Source of the DNA: a virus
UHGV virus genome: UHGV-1376342
DNA length: 37,941 nt
Direction: 5' to 3' (one strand)
Notes under the pieces: generated by a model
What the model was told of the DNA's origin: nothing
Seen by the model: only the letters and a program-made list of their open reading frames with translations
Database searches by the model: none
Program-made: the position numbers and the translations under genes
Shown: piece by piece, positions 6,576 through 15,984 of the stretch
Layout: each line of letters opens with the position of its first letter
Position numbering within the stretch: the first letter of the stretch is position 1

Positions 6576-8133
6576 TGAGCTGCGAGAGAAGGGTTACTGG
6601 TTACCATTGCCAGGCCCTCAGCAGCTCGCAATAGCACTATCACGAGATAAGAGGTTTCGTGAGATATTATTCGGTGGTTCACGTGGTGGAGGCAAGACAG
6701 ACGTATCTATCGCTACTATAGGTGATCGCTTTGGCGATACCAGAGCACGCCAGCTCGTCATTCGTAAAGACGCAGGAGACCTAGCAGACTTTGAGGAGCG
6801 TGCTGTAGCAGCCTTGCAGCCGTTTGGCGCTAAGCTACGTCGTAACCCTATGGTGCTCTCTGCGAAAGGCTGCGGCCGTGTCATTGGAGGGCACCTCCAC
6901 GACGCTGAAGCCTACACAAAGTACCAGGGGCATGAGTATTGCCGTATCAATATTGAGGAGCTAACTCAGATACCAGACGAGGGACGCTATGAGAAGCTCA
7001 TCAGCTCAGCTCGTAGCAAGTACAAAGATCTATATCCTCAGGTGTTTGCTACTACCAACCCAGGTGGCGCAGGCATGGGCTGGGTAAAGAAGCGTTTCGT
7101 AGCACCAGACCCAGATAGGGCGGAAGTGCTTAAGATGGAGTACCCCTGGGTAGACATATACGGTAAGAAGCAGGTCACGCACTGGCAGATCGTCATAGAT
7201 AAGCGTACAGGCATCTGGCGAGCCTACATACCAGCTACCATTGACTCCAACCCGTTCCTGCTCGAGAACGACCCAGACTACGTGAAATACCTCGACTCTC
7301 TCCAGGACTCAGACCCAGAATTATACCGTGCCTGGCGTTTCGGTGATTGGGATATTCAGTTTGGCGCTGTGTTCGAGGAATTTCGGCAGAGTAAGCATAC
7401 GTACACTAAGTTCAGTGAGTGGGGTGTTACCAAAGAAGCCTTTGACAGCAATTACCGTGTCATGGGCATGGACTGGGGCTATAACGATGAGTGTGTGCTA
7501 CTTTGGGCTATGTTTGACAACATCACAGAGAAAGAGAACAGGGCATTCATTTACCGTGAGCTGCATGGCAACCACAAGCCTAAAGAGTGGTGGTGCGAGA
7601 GGATTGTAGAAATGTACCTAAAGGACCCAGTAGACCTGATAGCATTACCACATGACGCCTACAGCCACCTAGGAGGCTCTGAGACGATCGCTAAGGTGCT
7701 CAATGATACATTTGCCCGTCTAGCACCAGATGAGAAGCGGCCACGCATTGTACGGGCTGATAAGCTCATGAAGGATAGGAAGCAAGCAGCAGTGCAGATG
7801 ATCCACAGCGCTTTCGCTAATAAATCAGACGGTAAGCCTGGTCTCATATTCAGCAAGTATTGCTCATACCTCATAGACACGCTGCCAACCATCATTTACG
7901 CTAAGGAGTCTGGCGGTGAGGAGCTTGATCCTAACAATGTAGACCACGCCCTAGACTCTCTCATGTACACGCTCATGACAGCTAACCGTGAGTACGGATT
8001 CCTAGTGAACGAGGCAAAGAGAATCCACAAGCTCACAAAGCAGTCATTCACCATGGCACCAGGCGGTAGAGTCGAGGCGAAAGACATTGGAATCGATATT
8101 GCATCAGCGGTAGAGACAGATAAGCTCGCATAA
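6532..8133 (+). CDS. terL: terminase large subunit
   Basis: 533 aa; Walker A-like GGSRGGGKT near N-terminus, C-terminal RNaseH-like nuclease block MGMDWGYNDECVLLWAMFD; size typical. Confidence 0.85.
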   Translation: MSKSHWPVLNKATYDELREKGYWLPLPGPQQLAIALSRDKRFREILFGGSRGGGKTDVSIATIGDRFGDTRARQLVIRKDAGDLADFEERAVAALQPFGAKLRRNPMVLSAKGCGRVIGGHLHDAEAYTKYQGHEYCRINIEELTQIPDEGRYEKLISSARSKYKDLYPQVFATTNPGGAGMGWVKKRFVAPDPDRAEVLKMEYPWVDIYGKKQVTHWQIVIDKRTGIWRAYIPATIDSNPFLLENDPDYVKYLDSLQDSDPELYRAWRFGDWDIQFGAVFEEFRQSKHTYTKFSEWGVTKEAFDSNYRVMGMDWGYNDECVLLWAMFDNITEKENRAFIYRELHGNHKPKEWWCERIVEMYLKDPVDLIALPHDAYSHLGGSETIAKVLNDTFARLAPDEKRPRIVRADKLMKDRKQAAVQMIHSAFANKSDGKPGLIFSKYCSYLIDTLPTIIYAKESGGEELDPNNVDHALDSLMYTLMTANREYGFLVNEAKRIHKLTKQSFTMAPGGRVEAKDIGIDIASAVETDKLA

Positions 8134-8189
8134 AGGCTAGTCTCTCTCACTCTATTTGCTGTATGATAGAGACAAACAGGAGACATAGC

Positions 8190-10319
8190 ATGCATGATCA
8201 AGACAAAGTATTTAAAGACCCTAGGGTAGACGACATAACAACAGGCACGGGCGTGATTGATGAGCGTGACGCTCTATCTATCGATGAAGTAGATGACGCC
8301 ACGCTTGTACGGCGTTTCAAGTATTGGGTAAACGACTCAGAAGCCTACTGGAATAGCAAGAGTGGCTTCAACCTACGCAATGTACGAGCACAGAACGAAC
8401 GGTACTACCTCGGCAAGCAGGACAGCGACAGGCTTTACTACCACCAGGCAGACTATCGTGACAACCAGCTATTCGTTGGTATTCAAGCCGTTATAGCCTA
8501 TGTCTCATCTCGTGACCCAGGGTGTGAGATTACTCCGGGTGACGACTCTCCAGCCAGTAAGACGCTCGCTACACGTCTAGAAAGCGCTGTAGACCTACAC
8601 AGCCAAAAGGTACGTCTCTCACGCAAGATCAAGGTAGCAGCCAAGAACCTCGCTCTGAAGCGTGTTGGCGTGATTAAGCTCATGTACAACCCATTCAGTA
8701 AAGAGATTGAAGCTAAGGCACTCAACCCAGAGAAGGTTATTCTCGACCGTAACGCAGAACTAGACGAGGAGCCACGCTTTATCTGTGAGGTATGTGAGGA
8801 CACTGTAGACATTCTCATGTCCAAGTTCCCAGAGAAAGAGAAGGAGATTATGAATGAGCTTGGCTTTGTGCGTAAGACTCAGAAGCTCCTTAGCACTGTT
8901 GTAGCCTACAACGAGATTTGGTTCACGGACACTACCACCGGTGAGCCTCGTGAATGTGTCGCCTGGTACTTCAATAACCTCATCCTCGACAAGAAGCTTA
9001 GCCCCATGTACGAGTACGACAATAAGGGTGTTGCTATCTGTAACTACACAGACAAGCCAACCAAGCCGTACGCCTTCTGTAACTACCTGAACGACGGTAG
9101 CCACATGATTGACCAAACATCGCCTATCGAGCAGGCTATTCCTCTCCAGAATATCCTCAACCGCCGTGGTCGCCAGATCATCGACAACGCAGACACAGCT
9201 AACAGCATTAAAGTGTTCCGTTCTGGTGCTATCTCAGAGGACGACGCCAAGAAGCTCACAGGCAAGCCTAACCAGTCTGTTGTGCTTGATATTCGTGAGG
9301 ATGAGCCTCTCAGCAACGCCTATGGTGAAATTCCAGCCCACTTGCTACCGAACTACGTCCTACAAGACAAAGAGGATATTAAGAACAGCATCCACAACAT
9401 CCTTGGCACGCCTTCTCAGTTCCGTGGTGACGACTCGAAGCGTGACGTTGGTACACTCGGTGAAGCTCAGATGATGCAGAGCCAAGCATCAGGTCGCCAG
9501 GATGAGATTGTGCGTGAGATTGACAACATGCTTGATCGCTACTTTAAGCTGCTTGTTCAGATGATGAAGGTGTACTACAGCAAGAACCACAAAATCTCTG
9601 GCCGTGACACTGATGGTAACTTTATCCACGTCGAGCTATCTCGTGAGACTATCCCAGACAACGCTGTGATCGCTGTGTCACCAGGCAGTACCGTAAGTAT
9701 GGACAAGAGCCGTCGTGAGAACATCGCAGTCAAGTTAGCAGAGCTTGGTGTTATTGATCCATACAACCTGTTCAAGGATCTTGGCCTTAAGGACTCTAGC
9801 GAGCGTTACGAGAGCCTGGTCAAGTTCAAGACAGACCCGAACATGCTCGTTGATGAGGTGCGCAGTGAGGTGCAGGACGAGGAAGCATATATTGACTTTG
9901 CAGTCATCATGAATGGCTTTGACGCCAAGCCACGTGATGACGTGACACCAGAGCACATCCTAGCCCACAATAAGCAGCTCCAGACTGATAAGTTCCTGAT
10001 GGCTAACCCGAAGTTGCAGCAGAAGCTCCTGGCTCACATCGATCAAGAGGTGCTCAGCCTCAGCCAGCGTGAGAAGCTCCAGGAAGCTAGCGACCAAGGG
10101 TTACTCGTAGACCCAAGCATGCCTACAAGCCCAGAAATTCCACAGCCTCAGCCAGAAATGCCCGCAGACCCATCTCAGATCCCGCCAGAGCTGTTGCAAG
10201 GCCAGCAGCCGCCAGTAGAGGGCCAACCTATTCCTGATCAGCCAGCACAGCCTGTAGGCGATCTAGGCGGTGTGCAGGATCAAGGCACAAGCGGTATCCT
10301 CTCAGGCCTCGGGCTATAG
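8190..10319 (+). CDS. portal protein with P/Q-rich C-terminal extension
   Basis: ~709 aa directly after TerL; ATG 8190 has SD caggagaca (track start 8163 lacks SD); size/position typical of portal. Confidence 0.7.
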   Translation: MHDQDKVFKDPRVDDITTGTGVIDERDALSIDEVDDATLVRRFKYWVNDSEAYWNSKSGFNLRNVRAQNERYYLGKQDSDRLYYHQADYRDNQLFVGIQAVIAYVSSRDPGCEITPGDDSPASKTLATRLESAVDLHSQKVRLSRKIKVAAKNLALKRVGVIKLMYNPFSKEIEAKALNPEKVILDRNAELDEEPRFICEVCEDTVDILMSKFPEKEKEIMNELGFVRKTQKLLSTVVAYNEIWFTDTTTGEPRECVAWYFNNLILDKKLSPMYEYDNKGVAICNYTDKPTKPYAFCNYLNDGSHMIDQTSPIEQAIPLQNILNRRGRQIIDNADTANSIKVFRSGAISEDDAKKLTGKPNQSVVLDIREDEPLSNAYGEIPAHLLPNYVLQDKEDIKNSIHNILGTPSQFRGDDSKRDVGTLGEAQMMQSQASGRQDEIVREIDNMLDRYFKLLVQMMKVYYSKNHKISGRDTDGNFIHVELSRETIPDNAVIAVSPGSTVSMDKSRRENIAVKLAELGVIDPYNLFKDLGLKDSSERYESLVKFKTDPNMLVDEVRSEVQDEEAYIDFAVIMNGFDAKPRDDVTPEHILAHNKQLQTDKFLMANPKLQQKLLAHIDQEVLSLSQREKLQEASDQGLLVDPSMPTSPEIPQPQPEMPADPSQIPPELLQGQQPPVEGQPIPDQPAQPVGDLGGVQDQGTSGILSGLGL

Positions 10320-10366
10320 ACATAATCACCTCCATTTAGATATAATCTAGGTATATATCAAACATA

Positions 10367-11422
10367 ATGGAGGTGTTTACATTGGCATCATCTAACACAG
10401 ACCTATCAGAGATGGACTTTGACGCACTGGTTGAGAAGGCAGAAGCCCAAGACCAAGACGACAAGGAGACAACTGACGAGGTAAAGGAACAACAAGATAA
10501 CCCTACCACAGAGGATGAAAAGAACGGTGAGGATGAAGACACTACCGAAGCGCAAGACGACGAGTCGGAAGAGACTCCAGAGGATGAATCAGACAAAGAA
10601 GAATCTGGAGAATCAGAGGAAGAGCCGAAAGCACAAGGGCTCTCTGACGAGGAGTTTCTAAAGGAGCTTGAACGTCGTGGCCTTAAGGTGGCAGAAGACA
10701 AAAAGGAAGAGCCTAAGAAGGATGACAAGCCTCAGCCATGGGAGGAGCGCCCAGATGAGATTGACGAGAAGCTTTGGAACAAGTCATCACCAGAGGAGAA
10801 GTTTATCTACAACAGCCTCGACTACATCACTGTGAAGGGAAAGGACGGCGAGGAGCTGTCTATCAAGCTGCCTACACAGTTGCCAGACGACTTTGAGTTT
10901 GCCAACAAGAAGGCAGAAGCACAGTTCTACAGTGCTATGAGCGCCCAAAGCTCTAAGGCAGAGAAGCTCATGAATAAGATCACCTCTGATCGTGAGCAGA
11001 CAACCAAGGCAGAGAAGGAGAAGGCAGAGCTTGATGCTATTATTGCTGACGTGGATCGCCTCCAGGACGACGGTATCGTGCCAAGGATCAAGGCTAAGCC
11101 AGGCACAGAGGAATTTAACACTGATCCTAGTGTGCAGCTGGTGAACAAGATCCTCGACTTTCGTGATGAGTACAACCGCAAGCACAAGGGTGAGAACATT
11201 AGCTCGTACACAGCTGGCCTCATCTACAAAGCTAAGAACCCAAAAGAGTTTGAGACAGAGGACAACAAGCGACGCTCTAGCCAGGACAAGTCACGGGAGA
11301 AGACCGCTAGCCGTGTAGCAAATAAAACAACATCAGCCAATCGCCCAGAGTACAACCATAAGGTTTTTGGTAAAAACGTCAGTCTAACTGACATTGCAGA
11401 TTACTATGCAGATCAACTATAA
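10367..11422 (+). CDS. putative scaffolding protein (highly acidic N-terminus, coiled-coil C-terminus)
   Basis: 351 aa after portal; D/E-rich 60-aa N-terminal tract, K/E-rich helical remainder; alternative TTG start 10382 has SD GGAGGTG. Confidence 0.45.
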   Translation: MEVFTLASSNTDLSEMDFDALVEKAEAQDQDDKETTDEVKEQQDNPTTEDEKNGEDEDTTEAQDDESEETPEDESDKEESGESEEEPKAQGLSDEEFLKELERRGLKVAEDKKEEPKKDDKPQPWEERPDEIDEKLWNKSSPEEKFIYNSLDYITVKGKDGEELSIKLPTQLPDDFEFANKKAEAQFYSAMSAQSSKAEKLMNKITSDREQTTKAEKEKAELDAIIADVDRLQDDGIVPRIKAKPGTEEFNTDPSVQLVNKILDFRDEYNRKHKGENISSYTAGLIYKAKNPKEFETEDNKRRSSQDKSREKTASRVANKTTSANRPEYNHKVFGKNVSLTDIADYYADQL

Positions 11423-11440
11423 GATGAAAGGAGAAAATAG

Positions 11441-11974
11441 ATGAATCTGGATCAAATCAATAAAGGGCTAACCGAGGATCAAATCCTTGGCAACGCTGTA
11501 ACAACTCAGGCTGTGGACGGTGATACGTTCCGTGACATTGTGTACGCGATGTTCAAGCCAAACGATATGGTGGTTATTAAGAACAACGCCCCGTATCCAT
11601 CAGGGTTTGCATACATGCACATTGATGACGAGGAGCATATTCAACCTAACGAGTACACCAACACCACTATCCGTGGTAAGCAACGCGCCTTCTTAATCCA
11701 CGCTGGCGAGGAGAAGGTAGTACCAGGATGGCTTGGTTACATGGCTCTCGAGCATATGTGGAAGGAATACGCCCAGTACAGCAGCTCTGACGGCGCTCGT
11801 ATGCTCGCAGACGTTCAGGCACGCAGTAAGTGGCTTGATGAAGCGTACCGTGGCCCAGCTCAGTACACGACTGGTGTCAAAGACACAGCTCCAGCAGCCG
11901 AGGAGAAGCCAGCACGACGTGGTCGACAAGCTAAAGCGGAGAGCAAAGACGAGGATCTAGGCTTTAGCGAGTAA
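11441..11974 (+). CDS. hypothetical head-module protein
   Basis: 177 aa, SD gaaaggagaa; position between scaffold-like and lysis genes. Confidence 0.45.
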   Translation: MNLDQINKGLTEDQILGNAVTTQAVDGDTFRDIVYAMFKPNDMVVIKNNAPYPSGFAYMHIDDEEHIQPNEYTNTTIRGKQRAFLIHAGEEKVVPGWLGYMALEHMWKEYAQYSSSDGARMLADVQARSKWLDEAYRGPAQYTTGVKDTAPAAEEKPARRGRQAKAESKDEDLGFSE

Positions 11975-12064
11975 ATAGCAGGCCTATCTGTAGCCCGCCC
12001 GAGGTATAATCTCTAAAGAAGGAGAATAACTGGGCGGGTTTCCGCTTGAAAGAGACAAAACTGT

Positions 12065-12346
12065 ATGGATGACAAACCGCTAAACAAATGGCAGGTCAAG
12101 GAAATTATAGATGACGCCATCACCAAGCATGAATTACGCAAAGAAAAGGACTTTGTGCCTATATACGCGTTAGAAATATACAAAAAAGACATAGAATCAC
12201 GGCTAAAAGACCTTGAAACTGACTCAGCAGAGGCTAAAGACCGTAATAAATGGCTGTTTCGCCTCGTTGTGGGCGCAGTTATCACCTCATTTGTGCCAAT
12301 TGTCATCGCATTGCTGTCCAATAGCAGGGGAGGGTTGCTACGATGA
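12065..12346 (+). CDS. tail-anchored membrane protein (C-terminal TM)
   Basis: 93 aa; charged helical N-region then LFRLVVGAVITSFVPIVIALL; stop overlaps next start (ATGA). Confidence 0.5.
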   Translation: MDDKPLNKWQVKEIIDDAITKHELRKEKDFVPIYALEIYKKDIESRLKDLETDSAEAKDRNKWLFRLVVGAVITSFVPIVIALLSNSRGGLLR

Positions 12347-13095
12347 GAAAGAATCGTGTCATTCGATGGTTTAAAAGAGAAACACTACTAAAAATTCTAT
12401 CAATCATGATGATTTTGAGCCTTATATTCAGTGGCTATACCATTTACAAGGTATTTACACTCAAACCAGGCCAAACTGTCACTATTGCAGGCGGTACGAA
12501 GGTAGAAAAGCCCGTTACGAACATTACAAACGCCCAGATAGACAAGGATGGCAACCTAGTGCTCACATATTCAGACGGAGAAGCCCGCAATGTGGGCTCT
12601 ATCGTAGGCTCGAATGGTAAAGATGGGGCGGATGGTAAGACACCAACCAACTCAGAGATAGCATTAGCCATCAAGACGTACTGTCTCACCAACAAATGCT
12701 CAGATAACCCCACAAGCGCCCAGGTAATGAGCGCTGTTGCTGCTTATTGCTCAAGTGGTATATGTAATGGTATGAACGGCAAAAACGCCTCAGACGAGCA
12801 GATAGCGACCGCTGTGGCTAAATACTGTGCGGCAGGGTTGTGCAGGGGTGACAAAGGCGCTACGGGTGCCACAGGGGCTACAGGAGCGGCAGGAGCGAAT
12901 GGCATCAATGGTGTTGACGGCAAAGACGGGAAGGATGGTAAAGACGGCGCGTCTCCACAGCTATCATGCGTCAACATCAAGGACAACACAGGTAACCAAA
13001 CATCATGGGTAGCATGGAAGTACGAGAGTGAAGCTAACGCTGCGTACCGTAGGCTATACAAGATCGCTGGTGACAGTAACTGTATTAATATTTAA
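12343..13095 (+). CDS. N-anchored membrane protein with collagen-like G-X-Y tracts and three Cys-containing repeats
   Basis: 250 aa; TM ILSIMMILSLIFSGYTIY; GDKGATGATGATGAAGANGINGVDGKDGKDGKDGA; repeats A.A.K(T/Y)YC...G.C x3. Confidence 0.6.
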   Translation: MRKNRVIRWFKRETLLKILSIMMILSLIFSGYTIYKVFTLKPGQTVTIAGGTKVEKPVTNITNAQIDKDGNLVLTYSDGEARNVGSIVGSNGKDGADGKTPTNSEIALAIKTYCLTNKCSDNPTSAQVMSAVAAYCSSGICNGMNGKNASDEQIATAVAKYCAAGLCRGDKGATGATGATGAAGANGINGVDGKDGKDGKDGASPQLSCVNIKDNTGNQTSWVAWKYESEANAAYRRLYKIAGDSNCINI

Positions 13096-13105
13096 GGAGG
13101 TATAA

Positions 13106-14143
13106 ATGGCGTACAACTACATTACGCAGTATGACTCGCCAAACTATACTGCTGGCCGGCAAGGCAATAACATCAGCAGTATCACAATCCACTGGTGGGG
13201 TGATCCTAACCAGAACCCTACATTTGAGGGTGTCACAGCATGGCTGTGCAACCCAGCAGCGCAGGTAAGCGCTCACTATGTTGTTACGGGCACAGACCGG
13301 CGCGTAGCCTGCATTGTAGACCCCGCCAACATCGCTTGGCACGCAGGTAACTGGGTAGGTAACCAGACAAGCATTGGTATTGAGTGTGATCCACGGTGCC
13401 GTGATGAGGACTATGACGTTATTGCTGAACTGGTATCAGAGCTGCGCAAGACTTATGGTGACCTACCACTCCGGCCACATAACTCGTGGACGAGCACCAG
13501 CTGCCCTGGCAACTATGACCTAGGCCGTATCGACCGCATGGCTCGTGAGAAGGCTGGCCAGGTTGTGCAGCGTGATCGGACTGATGAGATTAACTATTTG
13601 AATGGCTTGTATCAGCAGATTCTTGACCGCAACGTAGACGAAAACGCTATTGGCCACTACCTGTCTCAGATCGACAAGGGTTGGAACTGGGATCAGATCC
13701 GTGAGGACTTGGCTAACAGCGCAGAAGGTAAGGCTGTGGCAGAACGACGTAACACACGCAATAATGAGCTACGAGCAGCCTACGACAGTGAAACTAATGA
13801 GATTCAGCGCCTCTACAAGGATATTCTCGAGCGTGATGCAGATGAAGGCGGCATTGAGCACTACCGCAATCAGATCCGCAATGGCTGGAACTGGGGCATG
13901 GTAGAGGATGACCTACGTCGTAGTGATGAGTACAAGGAGTTGCAGCGCATCAAGAACGCACCAACACCCGAAATTCATCATGTAGACCCAGAGCCACCGA
14001 CAGAGCCAGAGAAACCACAGGAGAGGGCCGCAGAGACACCTCAGGAAGCGCCAAAGGCAGAGGACACCACAACTATCCTTGGAGATATTCGACGCATCTT
14101 GCAGGCGATCCTAGACGCTATCACAGGTTTGTTTAAAAAATAA
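13106..14143 (+). CDS. endolysin: N-acetylmuramoyl-L-alanine amidase (Amidase_2/PGRP) with duplicated C-terminal repeat
   Basis: Blocks IHWWG, SAHYVV, AWHAGN..NQTSIGIEC, PHNSWTSTSCPG align with T7-lysozyme/PGRP zinc amidases; two ~35-aa repeats (GHYLSQIDKGWNWDQIREDL / EHYRNQIRNGWNWGMVEDDL); P/E-rich tail. Confidence 0.8.
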   Translation: MAYNYITQYDSPNYTAGRQGNNISSITIHWWGDPNQNPTFEGVTAWLCNPAAQVSAHYVVTGTDRRVACIVDPANIAWHAGNWVGNQTSIGIECDPRCRDEDYDVIAELVSELRKTYGDLPLRPHNSWTSTSCPGNYDLGRIDRMAREKAGQVVQRDRTDEINYLNGLYQQILDRNVDENAIGHYLSQIDKGWNWDQIREDLANSAEGKAVAERRNTRNNELRAAYDSETNEIQRLYKDILERDADEGGIEHYRNQIRNGWNWGMVEDDLRRSDEYKELQRIKNAPTPEIHHVDPEPPTEPEKPQERAAETPQEAPKAEDTTTILGDIRRILQAILDAITGLFKK

Positions 14144-14155
14144 AGGAGAAGTAAA

Positions 14156-14392
14156 ATGGAAGTACTAAACGTTCTTATCGTACCAGCAATTGTAAAACTG
14201 TTCGACATGTTCAACAAAAAGGAGTGGGGTGGCATCGCTAAGGTGTTTCTCGCTATCGCAGCAGGCATTGGCTACTACTTTGTGACTGGGCACTTTGTCT
14301 TTACTGACAAGACTGTCTACGATGGTATCGCCTTCGGCCTCCAGGCGGCCGGTCTTGTAACTGTGGCAGCTAAAGCTGGCGCAACGAAATAG
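14156..14392 (+). CDS. holin (two TM helices)
   Basis: 78 aa immediately downstream of amidase, SD aaaggagaa; hydrophobic helices VLIVPAIVKLF and IAKVFLAIAAGIGYYFV, charged C-tail. Confidence 0.6.
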   Translation: MEVLNVLIVPAIVKLFDMFNKKEWGGIAKVFLAIAAGIGYYFVTGHFVFTDKTVYDGIAFGLQAAGLVTVAAKAGATK

Positions 14393-14414
14393 CTCATAGC
14401 TAGCTGTTGTATTA

Positions 14415-14444
14415 TTGACCCCTAGGTATCCTGGGGGTTATAAT
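14415..14444 (+). promoter_or_regulatory. promoter TTGACC-18-TATAAT with hairpin in spacer; likely leaderless transcript for 14453 gene
   Basis: TTGACC 14415-14420, TATAAT 14439-14444; spacer forms 9-bp hairpin 14418-14438; ATG 14453 only ~8 nt after -10. Confidence 0.4.
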
Positions 14445-14452
14445 ATTAGCGT

Positions 14453-14785
14453 ATGCAAGATAGCTTAATGATCGAGTGGAGAAACGGCGAGATAACCGTT
14501 ACGCCACCAGAGGATTTTCAAAAAGTAATAAAGCCACGGTACATACCACGAGGGGCGAGTCGTGGGCTGTATATTAATCGTATGTCTGTTACTAAGAACG
14601 GGCAGACAACAGTGGTCACGTTTGAGAAGGATGGAGATGCTTATATTACCGCTCCGACTGGCAAAGTCTACTTTACAGAATACAAGATCGTAAGCGCGCA
14701 GCCTGTTTTGCTATCTAAAGAGTTTGTTGGGTTCTCTGGTGTAAATACTGTTGGGGAATTTGATGAATTACTGTTGCCTATTTGA
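14453..14785 (+). CDS. hypothetical protein
   Basis: 110 aa ORF starting essentially at predicted TSS. Confidence 0.5.
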   Translation: MQDSLMIEWRNGEITVTPPEDFQKVIKPRYIPRGASRGLYINRMSVTKNGQTTVVTFEKDGDAYITAPTGKVYFTEYKIVSAQPVLLSKEFVGFSGVNTVGEFDELLLPI

Positions 14786-14887
14786 TCTAGTAGGAGTATA
14801 ATGCTTTATGCAGCGTGATCCGGAGTCCGGACGCCGTGAAAGCGACTGTACAAGTATAATTAATTAATTTACTGTGGTTATGCATAG

Positions 14888-14925
14888 CACCCTTGGTCAA
14901 AAGCCAGGGGTGTTGTGTTATTATA
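14888..14925 (+). terminator. rho-independent terminator CACCCTTGG-7nt-CCAGGGGTG-TTGTGTTATTAT
   Basis: 9-bp stem with one G-U pair 14888-14896/14904-14912 followed by U-rich tract. Confidence 0.45.
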
Positions 14926-15018
14926 GAGGTGCAGAGCCAGCCTACCAAGCTATCTTGGCGTGGCTGGTTTTTATTATTGGCGTGTATAATGATAGGTAGA
15001 ACTAAACGGAGAAATACT

Positions 15019-15381
15019 ATGACAAAATGGATCAACAATGATGCTTGGAACGCGCTGCTCAATAAGGTAAAGACAGCTGACCAGGTTTGGCTGCTTTCTT
15101 CTGACCAGGTTTTTACATATGGCGATGCTCAAACAAATAAATTAGGGGGCAAAGCGTACTCAATGGGAAGTGTTTTATTCCCATCTAGTGGGATTAAGGA
15201 GGTTGCTATACCTAATGTATCCGACATTCCTATAGACAAAAGTGGCACCGTTACAGCTGTTGCTTTTGTCAGGGTGGCTAGCAGCGAACTTATTATGATG
15301 GTGGACGTTTCGAGCCAAGCTGTTGCACAAAATGGTAAAGCTGATATATCCGGCATAAAACTTAAGGCGGAGGTAGCGTAG
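15019..15381 (+). CDS. hypothetical protein
   Basis: ATG 15019 with SD aaacggaga; preceded by TATAAT at 14985-14990; track ORF 14893 trimmed because it spans the terminator. Confidence 0.45.
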   Translation: MTKWINNDAWNALLNKVKTADQVWLLSSDQVFTYGDAQTNKLGGKAYSMGSVLFPSSGIKEVAIPNVSDIPIDKSGTVTAVAFVRVASSELIMMVDVSSQAVAQNGKADISGIKLKAEVA

Positions 15382-15382
15382 T

Positions 15383-15976
15383 ATGGCGCGAGAGGCAGAG
15401 ACAGAAAGATTGCGTAAACTTGTAGATATAGCGGAAGATATGGGTTTTCGCGTATGGTTTGATTTTAAACAATGTCATATCCATGAGATGTATGGTAGGG
15501 AAGTAGCATGGTTTGATCTTGATGATCAAAATAGGTTCTGGGTCGACAGCGAGTTTTTAGTAGCATCTAGAGGTAAATACTTCCGTGATATATGTGATAT
15601 TCTTAGTACGTTTGTGCAGAAGCCTGGTAGGCAGTCACGGGGTACACTTTACGCTGTACGCGGGACTATAGATACATGGAGTGGCGTTAAAGAACTACCA
15701 GATGCATCTGGTATTGAAAGGGTTGATAGTGATAGCTTGCGAGCGCTATACACGATCAAAGGGGCCAAGAGGATTATACGACGTTACGATATAGGCAAAG
15801 CTAATATTGTTGCAGTAGAGGATAAAGACTATGAAGGCCTCGGCGCATACAACCATGATGAGTCAAAAGACGAGGAGAAGCCTAATAGCCCAATAGAAAA
15901 TAAACCGCAACCACCAGCCATGGGGCCAACTCTAGACGAACATAATAACAACAATTTCTTTAGATCAGACTTTTAG
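15383..15976 (+). CDS. hypothetical protein
   Basis: 197 aa, ATG 2 nt after upstream stop. Confidence 0.5.
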   Translation: MAREAETERLRKLVDIAEDMGFRVWFDFKQCHIHEMYGREVAWFDLDDQNRFWVDSEFLVASRGKYFRDICDILSTFVQKPGRQSRGTLYAVRGTIDTWSGVKELPDASGIERVDSDSLRALYTIKGAKRIIRRYDIGKANIVAVEDKDYEGLGAYNHDESKDEEKPNSPIENKPQPPAMGPTLDEHNNNNFFRSDF

Positions 15977-15984
15977 GAGGTTAT

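Noticed and set aside
14808-14867. 19-codon ORF MQRDPESGRRESDCTSIIN with a Shine-Dalgarno sequence, in the 14786-15018 intergenic region
   Set aside because: It is too short to support. It overlaps a near-palindrome (ATCCGGAGTCCGGA) that is more likely a protein-binding site.
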